Below are positions 1 through 7,109 of a stretch of 12,928 bases of DNA, piece after piece. Below the pieces are notes generated by a model. It was not told the DNA's origin. It did not search any database and was given only the letters and a program-made list of their open reading frames with translations. The translations under genes and the position numbers were made by a program. Numbering within the stretch: the stretch's first letter is position 1; every line of letters begins with the position of its first letter. This DNA is from Ruminococcus sp. (GTDB lineage: Bacteria > Bacillota > Clostridia > Oscillospirales > Ruminococcaceae): assembly GCA_031262225.1 (NCBI GenBank), contig JAISIC010000046.1, positions 1 to 12,928 on the forward strand. Direction: 5' to 3'.

Positions 1-150
1 GTTGCAGTAACGATAGACGGGCACGAGCTTATTTTAGAGGAGGGCGACAGCGTTTATTTCAACGCCAACCTCCCCCACGGGCAAAAGTGTGCCGGAAACG
101 AGAAGGCGAGATTTGTTACGATTATATCGGAGCAAACACACGCAGATTGA
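1..150 (+). CDS. 3' end of a cupin-domain protein, partial with the start outside the window (likely the C-terminal cupin of an HTH/cupin-type regulator)
   Basis: Frame 1 is open from base 1 to TGA at 148-150 and translates VAVTIDGHELILEEGDSVYFNANLPHGQKCAGNEKARFVTIISEQTHAD. The G(D)SxYFxAxxPHG motif is a typical cupin_2 beta-barrel signature. The next gene starts 21 nt downstream on the same strand. Confidence 0.5.
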   Translation, partial: VAVTIDGHELILEEGDSVYFNANLPHGQKCAGNEKARFVTIISEQTHAD

Positions 151-171
151 TATTAGATAGGATGATAAAAA

Positions 172-1863
172 ATGTTATTGGACAGATTTTTACCCCGTAT
201 CGAGTTTGATTCATACGAGGATTTCAGAGATAATTTTACCATAAATGTACCCGAGGATTTCAACTTCGGATTTGATATCGTCGATGAGTGGGCAAAGCGT
301 GAGCCCGAGAAAAAAGCGCTTGTTTGGTGCAATGATAATGACGAAGAGAAAACTTTTACCTTCACCGATATATCAAAGCTGTCAAACAGGGCGGCGAATT
401 TTTTCAAAGACCTCGGCATAGGCAAGGGCGATGTTGTTATGCTCATTCTCCGCAGAAGATGGGAGTATTGGGTATGTGCGACAGCTCTCCATAAATTAGG
501 TGCAAGCCTCATTCCCGGCTCATTACAGCTGACGATTAAGGATATAACATATCGCGGCAATTCGGCGGGGGTCAAGGCGATTATTTGTGTTGATGACGAC
601 TTCGTTTTGAACCAGATTGACGGAGCTTTTGATAAAGTCGATTCGCTCAAATACCGGGTTGTTGTTCCGAGCCATGGTGAAAAAGCTCGTGAACGCGAGG
701 GGTATTTGCAGCTTGACGACGAAATAAAAAAATATTCCGATGCCTTTGAGAGACCGCGTAATCTGAAATGGTCCGATATAATGCTCATCTATTTCACGTC
801 GGGAACGACCGGTATGCCGAAGATGGTACAGCATAACTTCGCACATCCCTTAGGGCATATCATCACCGCGAAATATTGGCAGCAGGTTGAAGAAAACACC
901 CTCCATATGAGCGTTTCCGATTCCGGCTGGGCTAAGTTCGGTTGGGGCAAAATCTACGGTCAGTGGATCTGCGGAGCTTGCATCTTCGGCTATGACATGG
1001 ACAAGTTTGTTCCGGTGAAACTACTGCAAAAGATTCAAGATTATAAGCTCACGACATTCTGTGCACCGCCGACAATGTTTCGGTTTATGCTTCAAGAGGA
1101 TGTAGCGAAATTTGACCTCTCCTCCGTGCATAACTTCTGCATAGCGGGCGAACCTCTCAATCCCGAGGTTTTCCGTCAATGGGAGAAGCTCACGGGGCTT
1201 AAAATGCGGGAAGGCTTCGGGCAGACCGAAGGTCCGGTTTTGATCGCGAACTTCAAATGGATCGACCCGCAGCCCGGCTCAACAGGGAAACCGTCGCCGC
1301 TTTATAATATAAGGCTTATCGACAACGAGGGCAACGTTTGCGGAGATGGGGAAGAAGGGACAATCTGCGTTTGTGACATAGATAAAAAATACCCCACAGG
1401 GCTGTTCACAGGGTATTATAATAATCCCGAGATGACAAAAGAGATTTTAGGCGGTGACAGATACGACACCGGCGATGTTGCATGGCGTGATCCCGACGGC
1501 TACTACTGGTTTGTGGGGCGAAATGATGACGTTATAAAATGTTCGGGATATCGAATCGGTCCCTTCGAGGTTGAGAGTGCAATCCTTGAGCACCAAGCCT
1601 GTGTTGAATGTGCTGTTACTGCCGCACCCGACCCGATTCGCGGACAGGTTGTTAAGGCGACGATAGTTCTTGCAAGCGGTTATGAACCGTCCGACGAGCT
1701 TACCAAAGAGATTCAAAATCATGTTAAAAAGGTGACGGCACCCTATAAATACCCGAGAGTTGTGGAGTATGTCAAGGAGCTTCCGAAGACTTTGGGCGGT
1801 AAGATAAAACGAGCAGAAATAAGAAACAACGACGCGGGGGACCCCGCGGGTGATTCGCATTAG
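172..1863 (+). CDS. AMP-forming acyl-CoA synthetase / acyl-CoA ligase (ANL superfamily, short/medium-chain type)
   Basis: 563-aa ORF. The AMP-binding P-loop motif YFTSGTTGMPKMV is present. Further motifs are GYGQTE-like FGQTEG, the hinge/adenylation motif RYDTGDVAWRDPDGYYWFVGRNDDVIKCSGYRIGPFEVES, and C-terminal PKTLGGKIKRAEIR with the conserved catalytic Lys. A weak RBS (aggatga) precedes the ATG. Confidence 0.9.
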   Translation: MLLDRFLPRIEFDSYEDFRDNFTINVPEDFNFGFDIVDEWAKREPEKKALVWCNDNDEEKTFTFTDISKLSNRAANFFKDLGIGKGDVVMLILRRRWEYWVCATALHKLGASLIPGSLQLTIKDITYRGNSAGVKAIICVDDDFVLNQIDGAFDKVDSLKYRVVVPSHGEKAREREGYLQLDDEIKKYSDAFERPRNLKWSDIMLIYFTSGTTGMPKMVQHNFAHPLGHIITAKYWQQVEENTLHMSVSDSGWAKFGWGKIYGQWICGACIFGYDMDKFVPVKLLQKIQDYKLTTFCAPPTMFRFMLQEDVAKFDLSSVHNFCIAGEPLNPEVFRQWEKLTGLKMREGFGQTEGPVLIANFKWIDPQPGSTGKPSPLYNIRLIDNEGNVCGDGEEGTICVCDIDKKYPTGLFTGYYNNPEMTKEILGGDRYDTGDVAWRDPDGYYWFVGRNDDVIKCSGYRIGPFEVESAILEHQACVECAVTAAPDPIRGQVVKATIVLASGYEPSDELTKEIQNHVKKVTAPYKYPRVVEYVKELPKTLGGKIKRAEIRNNDAGDPAGDSH

Positions 1864-1914
1864 TCTTTCCGCGTTGAAGAGATACCGCCGACAGAGATAA
1901 GAATCAACGATCTA

Positions 1915-1950
1915 AAAAGCCTGTGAAGTAAAATTTCACAGGCTTTTATA
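1915..1950. terminator. Bidirectional rho-independent terminator between convergent genes
   Basis: Perfect 10-bp stem agcctgtgaa (1918-1927) / ttcacaggct (1934-1943) with loop gtaaaa. It is flanked by an A-run upstream and ttttatatttatt downstream, so it reads as hairpin plus U-tract on both strands. It lies between the stop of the ligase (1863) and the stop of the minus-strand gene (1952). Confidence 0.65.
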
Positions 1951-1951
1951 T

Positions 1952-2656
1952 TTATTGAAGTTCGGCAGGAGCAGTAATACTTCCGTATTTCTCGTCAAGC
2001 AGGAATCGGTGTACGTTTGCAAGTGTCGTCATCATATAGGGGTAAACATAGCCGTAGAATATGAAGATACCCACAAACGGAATCATTGCCGTCATGTTCC
2101 AGAGGATGAAAGAAAGTTGTGTCACAAAGATATCGGCACGATGCCCCTTTGTGAGGTATATGCTCTCGCGGAGGCATTCCCTTGCACTCTTTTCGGGGTT
2201 CGCAATGAGGATATACCAAGCTTGCATATAGTCGATGGAACGGATTATCCCGGGGACGATGAAAAGCAGTGTCCAGAGCCAGATAAATAGAATCATCAAA
2301 AGGAACAGCCTGACCGATGCCCAGAAAAGCTTTGCAGAGGTGAAAGCATAGAAAATATCAGATGGTTTGGGCTTTTCGCCGTATGTAAGAGCAAGGTAAA
2401 CTTTTTGCATTCCGAGAACGAGCGGACCGAAGAAAATATATGAGATTGCGGCGGAGATGAGCGTGCATATGCCGTAGATCAGACCGTCAGTCTCAAGCAC
2501 GGCATCGATGGCAACACCGATAATTTCGCCTATGAAGATTATGATTGATATGCCGAATGAAATTCCGAGGAATATTATAAGTATAATCGCTAACTGACCG
2601 ATATTCGGGCGGAATTGCTCTTTTGCGAGGTCTTTAAACCAAACTCGATTAAACAT
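1952..2656 (-). CDS. DUF975-family integral membrane protein
   Basis: Multi-TM protein whose N-terminus MFNRVWFKDLAKEQFRPNIGQ matches the characteristic DUF975 start (MF.R.E.K..AK..L.G). I chose the ATG at 2654-2656 rather than the ORF-track start at 2671. The 2656 start has an RBS (gggaga) 7 nt upstream on the minus strand, whereas 2671 has none. Confidence 0.75.
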   Translation of the reverse strand: MFNRVWFKDLAKEQFRPNIGQLAIILIIFLGISFGISIIIFIGEIIGVAIDAVLETDGLIYGICTLISAAISYIFFGPLVLGMQKVYLALTYGEKPKPSDIFYAFTSAKLFWASVRLFLLMILFIWLWTLLFIVPGIIRSIDYMQAWYILIANPEKSARECLRESIYLTKGHRADIFVTQLSFILWNMTAMIPFVGIFIFYGYVYPYMMTTLANVHRFLLDEKYGSITAPAELQ

Positions 2657-2686
2657 GATTTTTTCTCCCATATTCAGTATGTTTTT

Positions 2687-2715
2687 ATTATACGATATAT
2701 ATTATGTTTTGTCAA
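2687..2715 (-). promoter_or_regulatory. Sigma-A type promoter for the DUF975 gene (perfect consensus)
   Basis: On the minus strand the sequence is TTGACA (complement of 2710-2715), an exact 17-nt spacer, then TATAAT (complement of 2687-2692). It sits about 30 nt upstream of the 2656 start codon. Confidence 0.55.
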
Positions 2716-2809
2716 GTGTTTTTATGAAAATTAACACAAATGTAATAATTTAATTTGTAAAATATAGAATAAATATAAAAACTTAGTCAAAACTATATTC
2801 AAGAATATG

Positions 2810-2839
2810 TTGGAAAAGTATTTTCCGACTTGAAATAAT
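2810..2839 (+). promoter_or_regulatory. Candidate promoter for the M23 peptidase gene
   Basis: -35 TTGGAA (2810-2815) and an extended -10-like TGaAATAAT (2831-2839), with an approximately 18-nt spacer, about 40 nt upstream of the ATG at 2879. The match is weak. Confidence 0.3.
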
Positions 2840-2878
2840 CGTAACTGCCCAGCCGAGGGCTGTGAAGGAGTTTTGCAG

Positions 2879-3640
2879 ATGAAAAAATTCGATTTTTCTA
2901 AATTTACCGGGAAGGGGCTTGCGGTGGCGGTGTTTGTGTGTCTGCTTGCCGTGGGCGGTGCGGGAATCTATTCCTACTCGAAGGTCCAAGACAGCCTTGA
3001 CAACGCGCTTATGTCTTCGGATGACCCCGCTTTTCCGGTTGAAAACCCCATAGCACAGATTACCGTGACAACAGCACCTGTGACAAAGATCAGTTCATCC
3101 CCCGAAGCAGAGACCGACACATCCGGGCAGCCTGTTTTAGTTCCCAACCCCGGCGTTTCAGAGTCCGCTCCGGCGGTAACGGATGTTGATGCACAGGGTT
3201 TCACCGATGTACTTCCCGCCGCTTCCGCCTGTGTTAGACCGGTTGCGGGTGAGATCATCAACGGTTTTTCAAACGGAGAGCTTGTGAAATCCAAGACCTT
3301 AAACGTCTGGAAGACGCATGACGGGATCGACATTGCCTCCTCAAACGGCGAAAATGTCAAGGCTATGACCGCAGGCGTGATTGACGAAATCTATATCGAC
3401 CAGCTTATGGGCGTTACCATCGTGATTGACCACGGCAACGGGCTTACAGGTTACTATTCTAATCTTTCAAACGACGTTCCGCTCTCCGAGGGCAGCTCTG
3501 TTGCGGCAGGAACGATCATCGGCACTGTCGGTTCAACAGCAGATTCCGAAATATCGGAAGCACCGCATCTCCACTTCGCACTCAAGAAGAACAACGCCTA
3601 TATCGACCCCGCCGCACTTCTTTCCGACAACGGATCATAA
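2879..3640 (+). CDS. Membrane-anchored M23 (LytM-type) metallopeptidase, a peptidoglycan endopeptidase
   Basis: N-terminal signal anchor KGLAVAVFVCLLAVGGAGIY is followed by a Ser/Thr/Pro-rich linker and a C-terminal M23 domain. The Zn ligand/catalytic motifs are intact: HDGIDI (HxxxD) and HLHFAL (HxH). The start is set at ATG 2879 with the RBS gaaggag 8 nt upstream. The ORF-track start at 2873 is a TTG. Confidence 0.85.
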   Translation: MKKFDFSKFTGKGLAVAVFVCLLAVGGAGIYSYSKVQDSLDNALMSSDDPAFPVENPIAQITVTTAPVTKISSSPEAETDTSGQPVLVPNPGVSESAPAVTDVDAQGFTDVLPAASACVRPVAGEIINGFSNGELVKSKTLNVWKTHDGIDIASSNGENVKAMTAGVIDEIYIDQLMGVTIVIDHGNGLTGYYSNLSNDVPLSEGSSVAAGTIIGTVGSTADSEISEAPHLHFALKKNNAYIDPAALLSDNGS

Positions 3641-3650
3641 TAGTTTTCAC

Positions 3651-3687
3651 CAAAACGGCTCGTACTCATAGTACGAGCCGTTTTTTA
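3651..3687. terminator. Bidirectional rho-independent terminator between the convergent M23 peptidase and flotillin genes
   Basis: Stem acggctcgtact (3655-3666) / agtacgagccgt (3670-3681) with a 3-nt loop. It is preceded by caaaa and followed by tttttt (3681-3686). Confidence 0.7.
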
Positions 3688-3698
3688 TTGATATATAA

Positions 3699-5066
3699 CT
3701 ATTCGTTAATAGCTTCTGTCTTTTTACCCAGTAAATCGGGGAGTTCCATGCCGGATTGGTTGAAGAGGTCTCCGAGGGGAGGAACCGATTTGAGCATCCC
3801 GGAAAGGAAGTCGGCGGTAGAAGTTTTGCCGTCTGCACCGGAGCTGCCGCCGTCCCAAACGGTAACCTTGTCGATCTTGATGTTCTTGATTGCTTCAACC
3901 TGAATACGGGTGAGGTCTTCAAGCTTGTCGGCGATAATGAGCTTAACGGCAGAGTTCGCATCGCCGGAAACCTCGATAAGCTTTGACATACCCTCGGCTT
4001 GCTTTTCGAGAATCTCTCTTGCACCGCGAGCTTGAGCTTCAAGTTTCGCATAGATTGCATCAGCTTCACCCTGTGCCTTGCGGCGAGTTACTGATGCTTC
4101 TGCTTCCGCTTCAATTTCCACCTGCTCTTTTGCGATTTGAGCCTTGGCGATTACGTCTGCTTGACCGCGTGTTTTTTCAAGCTCAAAACGAACGAGTTCC
4201 GCTTCCTGTTGAGCCTTATATGCCTCTGCCTTAGCACGTGCCTGTTGAACGGCTTCCGCTGCCATTGCGATTTTAAGGGCTTCCGCCTCCTGCTCACGGC
4301 GTTTTGCCTCGGAGCGTGAAACCTCGATTTTCGAGTCGTTCTCACCCTTTATTGCAAGTGCGTTTGCTTCGGAAACGCGGATACGCTGGTCTCTGTGAGC
4401 TTCTGCCTGACCGATTTCACCGTCGCGGTCTTTTTCCGCAACCGATTTTTTCGCGTCATTTATAGCCTTTGCAGCAGCTTCTTTACCGAGTGCTTCGATA
4501 TAGCCGGACTCGTCGTTAATGTCAGTTACGTTTACATTTATAAGACGGAGACCGATCTTCTTAAGCTCCATCTCAACGTTGGTGGAGACAGCGGCAAGGA
4601 ATTTATCACGGTCGGAGTTGATTTCTTCGATATCCATCGTTGCAACTACAAGACGAAGCTGTCCGAAGATGATATCACGTGCAAGCTCTTGAACCTCTGC
4701 CATCTTGAGCCCGAGAAGACGTTCAGCGGCATTCTGCATAACGTGGGGCTCTGTGGATATACCAACCGTGAAACGAGAAGGCACATCAACACGGATATTT
4801 TGTTTTGAAAGTGCGTTTCTAAGGTCAACGTTCATAGAGATAGGGGTGAGGTCCATATACTGATAGGCTTGGATTACAGGGACTATGAACGCCGCACCGC
4901 CGTGGATACAGCGAGCAGATCTGGTTTGACCGTCAGAATCACGCCCAACCTTACCGTAGATAACCAAAACCTTATCGGAAGGGCATTTGCGATACCTTGA
5001 AAGTATTGCCATGAATGCTGAAAAGGCGATAATGACCAAAACGGCGATTGCGATTACTTGTTCCAT
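3699..5066 (-). CDS. floT: Flotillin-family SPFH/Band-7 protein (FloT/YuaG-like)
   Basis: 455 aa. It has an N-terminal membrane hairpin, then an SPFH domain and a long Ala/Glu-rich coiled-coil with EA repeats (EAEAEA). This is typical of the long bacterial flotillin that pairs with a short NfeD, as in yuaF-yuaG. RBS aaaGGAG is 6 nt upstream of the ATG. Confidence 0.85.
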   Translation of the reverse strand: MEQVIAIAVLVIIAFSAFMAILSRYRKCPSDKVLVIYGKVGRDSDGQTRSARCIHGGAAFIVPVIQAYQYMDLTPISMNVDLRNALSKQNIRVDVPSRFTVGISTEPHVMQNAAERLLGLKMAEVQELARDIIFGQLRLVVATMDIEEINSDRDKFLAAVSTNVEMELKKIGLRLINVNVTDINDESGYIEALGKEAAAKAINDAKKSVAEKDRDGEIGQAEAHRDQRIRVSEANALAIKGENDSKIEVSRSEAKRREQEAEALKIAMAAEAVQQARAKAEAYKAQQEAELVRFELEKTRGQADVIAKAQIAKEQVEIEAEAEASVTRRKAQGEADAIYAKLEAQARGAREILEKQAEGMSKLIEVSGDANSAVKLIIADKLEDLTRIQVEAIKNIKIDKVTVWDGGSSGADGKTSTADFLSGMLKSVPPLGDLFNQSGMELPDLLGKKTEAINE

Positions 5067-5105
5067 GAAAAACTCCTTTTAGTTTAAGTTATTTGGCAAA
5101 GCTTG

Positions 5106-5765
5106 TTACTCTGCAATATTTTCTACTATTAAAATTTCACCGGAATATCCCGTGACATATACCCTTTTGCCGGTGGGGATTGCCTCATCAGACTCGGTTT
5201 GTGCCGAACACTCCCGCTCTGCACCCTGAAAGTCTATCAGCACTTTGCCCTCCCCCTGACGAGCCGCAGGGATAGGAATATATACCTCGCCTGTCTTGCC
5301 GATTGCTTCTGAAAAGCGAACGGTTCCGTTTTCAGAGAGTTTCAGGAGCAGCTGTATTATTTTTGCGACAGCGAACATCATGGCAACGCCTATTGCCAAG
5401 CCGATTGAAATGGCTATGGGTGCGAAGATACCCGCCGAACGGAGAGCGAGGACGGACCATGAAAAGCTTGCAAGGAATGCAACAATTCCTCGGAATGTGA
5501 ATATCCCGACAAAATTTAGGTCTGTGTCGTTATTCGCATTGGGGGGAGGTTCATCCATCTCGGAGAAGTCTACGGCATCTATATCGGCATCGGGTACATC
5601 GTCAATGTCCACATCTCCTATATCAACATCGCTCGCATCTCCATCAGCATCCTCTCCGCCGATAAAGCTGAATACAAGCTGTATCAGAAGCAGTACCGTC
5701 GAGGGTATAGCGATAAAATACATTATTTGGGATAAAACCGGTAAAGCGTTCCACCAAGTTGACAT
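5106..5765 (-). CDS. NfeD-family membrane protein (short YuaF-like form), upstream partner of the flotillin
   Basis: 219 aa with three predicted TM helices and a C-terminal beta-rich OB-fold-like segment (GEVYIPIPAARQGEGKVLIDF...RVYVTGYSGEILIVE). It is immediately upstream and co-directional with the flotillin (39-nt gap), the canonical nfeD-flotillin operon. RBS GGAGGTG precedes the ATG. It contains an unusual acidic insertion (see findings). Confidence 0.75.
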   Translation of the reverse strand: MSTWWNALPVLSQIMYFIAIPSTVLLLIQLVFSFIGGEDADGDASDVDIGDVDIDDVPDADIDAVDFSEMDEPPPNANNDTDLNFVGIFTFRGIVAFLASFSWSVLALRSAGIFAPIAISIGLAIGVAMMFAVAKIIQLLLKLSENGTVRFSEAIGKTGEVYIPIPAARQGEGKVLIDFQGAERECSAQTESDEAIPTGKRVYVTGYSGEILIVENIAE

Positions 5766-5800
5766 ATAACACCTCCGTAATAAGCGTTTTTGACAATTTC

Positions 5801-5829
5801 ATTATATCATATACAGTTTAATATGTCAA
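5801..5829 (-). promoter_or_regulatory. Sigma-A type promoter for the nfeD-flotillin operon (perfect consensus)
   Basis: Minus strand TTGACA (complement of 5824-5829), exact 17-nt spacer, TATAAT (complement of 5801-5806). It is about 35 nt upstream of the nfeD start at 5765. Confidence 0.55.
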
Positions 5830-5894
5830 GAGGTTTTCATAAAAGTCAATATATTTTACTATTTGTACATAAATTAAAATTTTCGCTGAAAATA

Positions 5895-5923
5895 TTGCCT
5901 TTTACGAAAAATTATGTTACAAT
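5895..5923 (+). promoter_or_regulatory. Candidate promoter for the long plus-strand operon starting at the DJ-1 gene
   Basis: -35 TTGCCT (5895-5900), 17-nt spacer, extended -10 TGtTACAAT (5915-5923). It is followed by RBS AGGATGGTG (5941-5949) and the ATG at 5954. Confidence 0.35.
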
Positions 5924-5953
5924 AATAATGTATAGTTTTAAGGATGGTGCGTT

Positions 5954-6499
5954 ATGATTGTTTATGTTTTTTTAGCGGATGGATTTGAAGAGATTGAGGC
6001 GATCTGTCCGATTGATATACTCCGAAGAGGGAACGTTAATGTCGTGACAGTCGGTGTCACAGGGAAACTCGTGACCGGTTCGCATGGCATTACAGTCACT
6101 GCTGATAAAGAGATCGGTGAGCTTGATCTGAAAACCCCGTTTGACATGATCGTGTTACCGGGCGGAATGCCGGGAACAGATAATCTTCAAGCGAATGAAA
6201 CGGTGAAAATGTTTATCACAGAGGCTCAAAAGCGTTACAGGTATATAGCCGCAATCTGTGCCGCACCGAAGATTTTGGGTGCCATGGGCGTCCTTTCAGG
6301 GAGCAGGGTGACCTGTTATCCCGGTTATGAAGATGAACTCAATGGCGTTGTGACAACGATCGAAAGTGTTGTAAGGGACGGAAAGATTATCACCGCAAAG
6401 GGTGCGGGCGTTGCTCTTGAGTTCGGCTTTGAACTTTTAGCAGCTCTGACAGACCGTACTACAGCTCATAAAATCGCCGCTTCAATGCAGAAAATATAA
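5954..6499 (+). CDS. DJ-1/PfpI (ThiJ) family protein
   Basis: 181 aa. It has a class-I glutamine amidotransferase-like fold signature with the nucleophile-elbow motif AAICAAP (conserved Cys) and GGMPG. The length is typical of the family. Confidence 0.9.
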   Translation: MIVYVFLADGFEEIEAICPIDILRRGNVNVVTVGVTGKLVTGSHGITVTADKEIGELDLKTPFDMIVLPGGMPGTDNLQANETVKMFITEAQKRYRYIAAICAAPKILGAMGVLSGSRVTCYPGYEDELNGVVTTIESVVRDGKIITAKGAGVALEFGFELLAALTDRTTAHKIAASMQKI

Positions 6500-7092
6500 T
6501 GTCGATTACCTCTCAAAACCTGTCTAAGAAAGAACTGCGGGCTATCTTCAAAAACAAACGTGACAGCATGGACATAAAAGAACGCGAAGCCCTTTCTGCC
6601 CGGATATGGGACAAGCTTTATGCTTTAGATGAATACAAGGTAGCTTTTAATATCCTTGTCTACGTCTCAATTGGCTCTGAACCGAACACAAACCCTTTAA
6701 TAACGAGAGCTTTGTCGGATGGGAAAAAGGTTTTCTGTCCCAAGATTATCGGAGAAGAGATAAAGTTTTTTCGTATTGAAAGCCTGTCTGATCTTGCTCC
6801 TGCCGGTGTTTATGACATACCCGAACCGACAGCAGGAGAGGACCCGGATTTTGAAAAAAACACTATTATAATAGTACCCGCTTTGGCGGTTGATAAAAAA
6901 GGCTATAGGCTCGGATATGGCGGGGGATTTTATGATCGCTATCTGCAAAAACGAAAAGAAACCGTGAAAAGTCACAAAAAATTTCTGATATGCGGGATAT
7001 TTTCGTCATTTGCTACAAAATCTTTGCCGATTTCAGACTATGATATACCTATTGATATGATAATCACCGAACAGGAAATTATAATAATATAG
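6499..7092 (+). CDS. 5-formyltetrahydrofolate cyclo-ligase (MTHFS)
   Basis: 197 aa. It has the N-terminal K..LR motif region, the signature GYGGGFYDRYL and C-terminal IPIDMIITE. The start ATG overlaps the stop of the DJ-1 gene (TAATG at 6497-6501). Confidence 0.9.
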   Translation: MSITSQNLSKKELRAIFKNKRDSMDIKEREALSARIWDKLYALDEYKVAFNILVYVSIGSEPNTNPLITRALSDGKKVFCPKIIGEEIKFFRIESLSDLAPAGVYDIPEPTAGEDPDFEKNTIIIVPALAVDKKGYRLGYGGGFYDRYLQKRKETVKSHKKFLICGIFSSFATKSLPISDYDIPIDMIITEQEIIII

Positions 7093-7109
7093 TAGAGGTT
7101 CTGTTTTAA

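Noticed and set aside
153-788. 211-aa minus-strand ORF antisense to the acyl-CoA synthetase gene
   Set aside because: It is fully embedded opposite a well-supported coding sequence. Its composition is Ser/Leu/Arg-rich, typical of antisense shadow frames, with no RBS or recognisable motifs. The same applies to 523..846 and 1447..1860.
2736-2758. Inverted repeat ACAAAT-N11-ATTTGT in the divergent DUF975 / M23 intergenic region
   Set aside because: 6-bp arms in an approximately 80% AT region are expected by chance. There is no adjacent regulator gene to suggest an operator, so I note it only as a possible site.
2873-2878. TTG start for the M23 peptidase as listed in the ORF track
   Set aside because: The ATG at 2879 sits 8 nt after a strong GAAGGAG RBS. 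The TTG at 2873 would place the RBS too close, so I moved the start to 2879.
3688-4828. A series of overlapping ORFs (3688..3903+, 3756..3986+, 3983..4234+, 4137..4319+, 4151..4345-, 4395..4808+, 4646..4828-) inside the flotillin gene
   Set aside because: These are shadow ORFs produced by the GC-rich, Ala/Glu codon-biased coiled-coil region of the flotillin gene. The flotillin frame has clear SPFH and EA-repeat signatures and an RBS, and these do not.
5296-5769. 157-aa plus-strand ORF (and 5303..5500) overlapping nfeD
   Set aside because: It is antisense to the NfeD gene, Ser/Ala/Ile low complexity mirroring the Asp-rich repeat, with no RBS.
5790-5795. Plus-strand TTGACA hexamer just upstream of the nfeD start
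   Set aside because: There is no acceptable -10 at 16-18 nt spacing on the plus strand. The convincing promoter in this region is on the minus strand (5801-5829).
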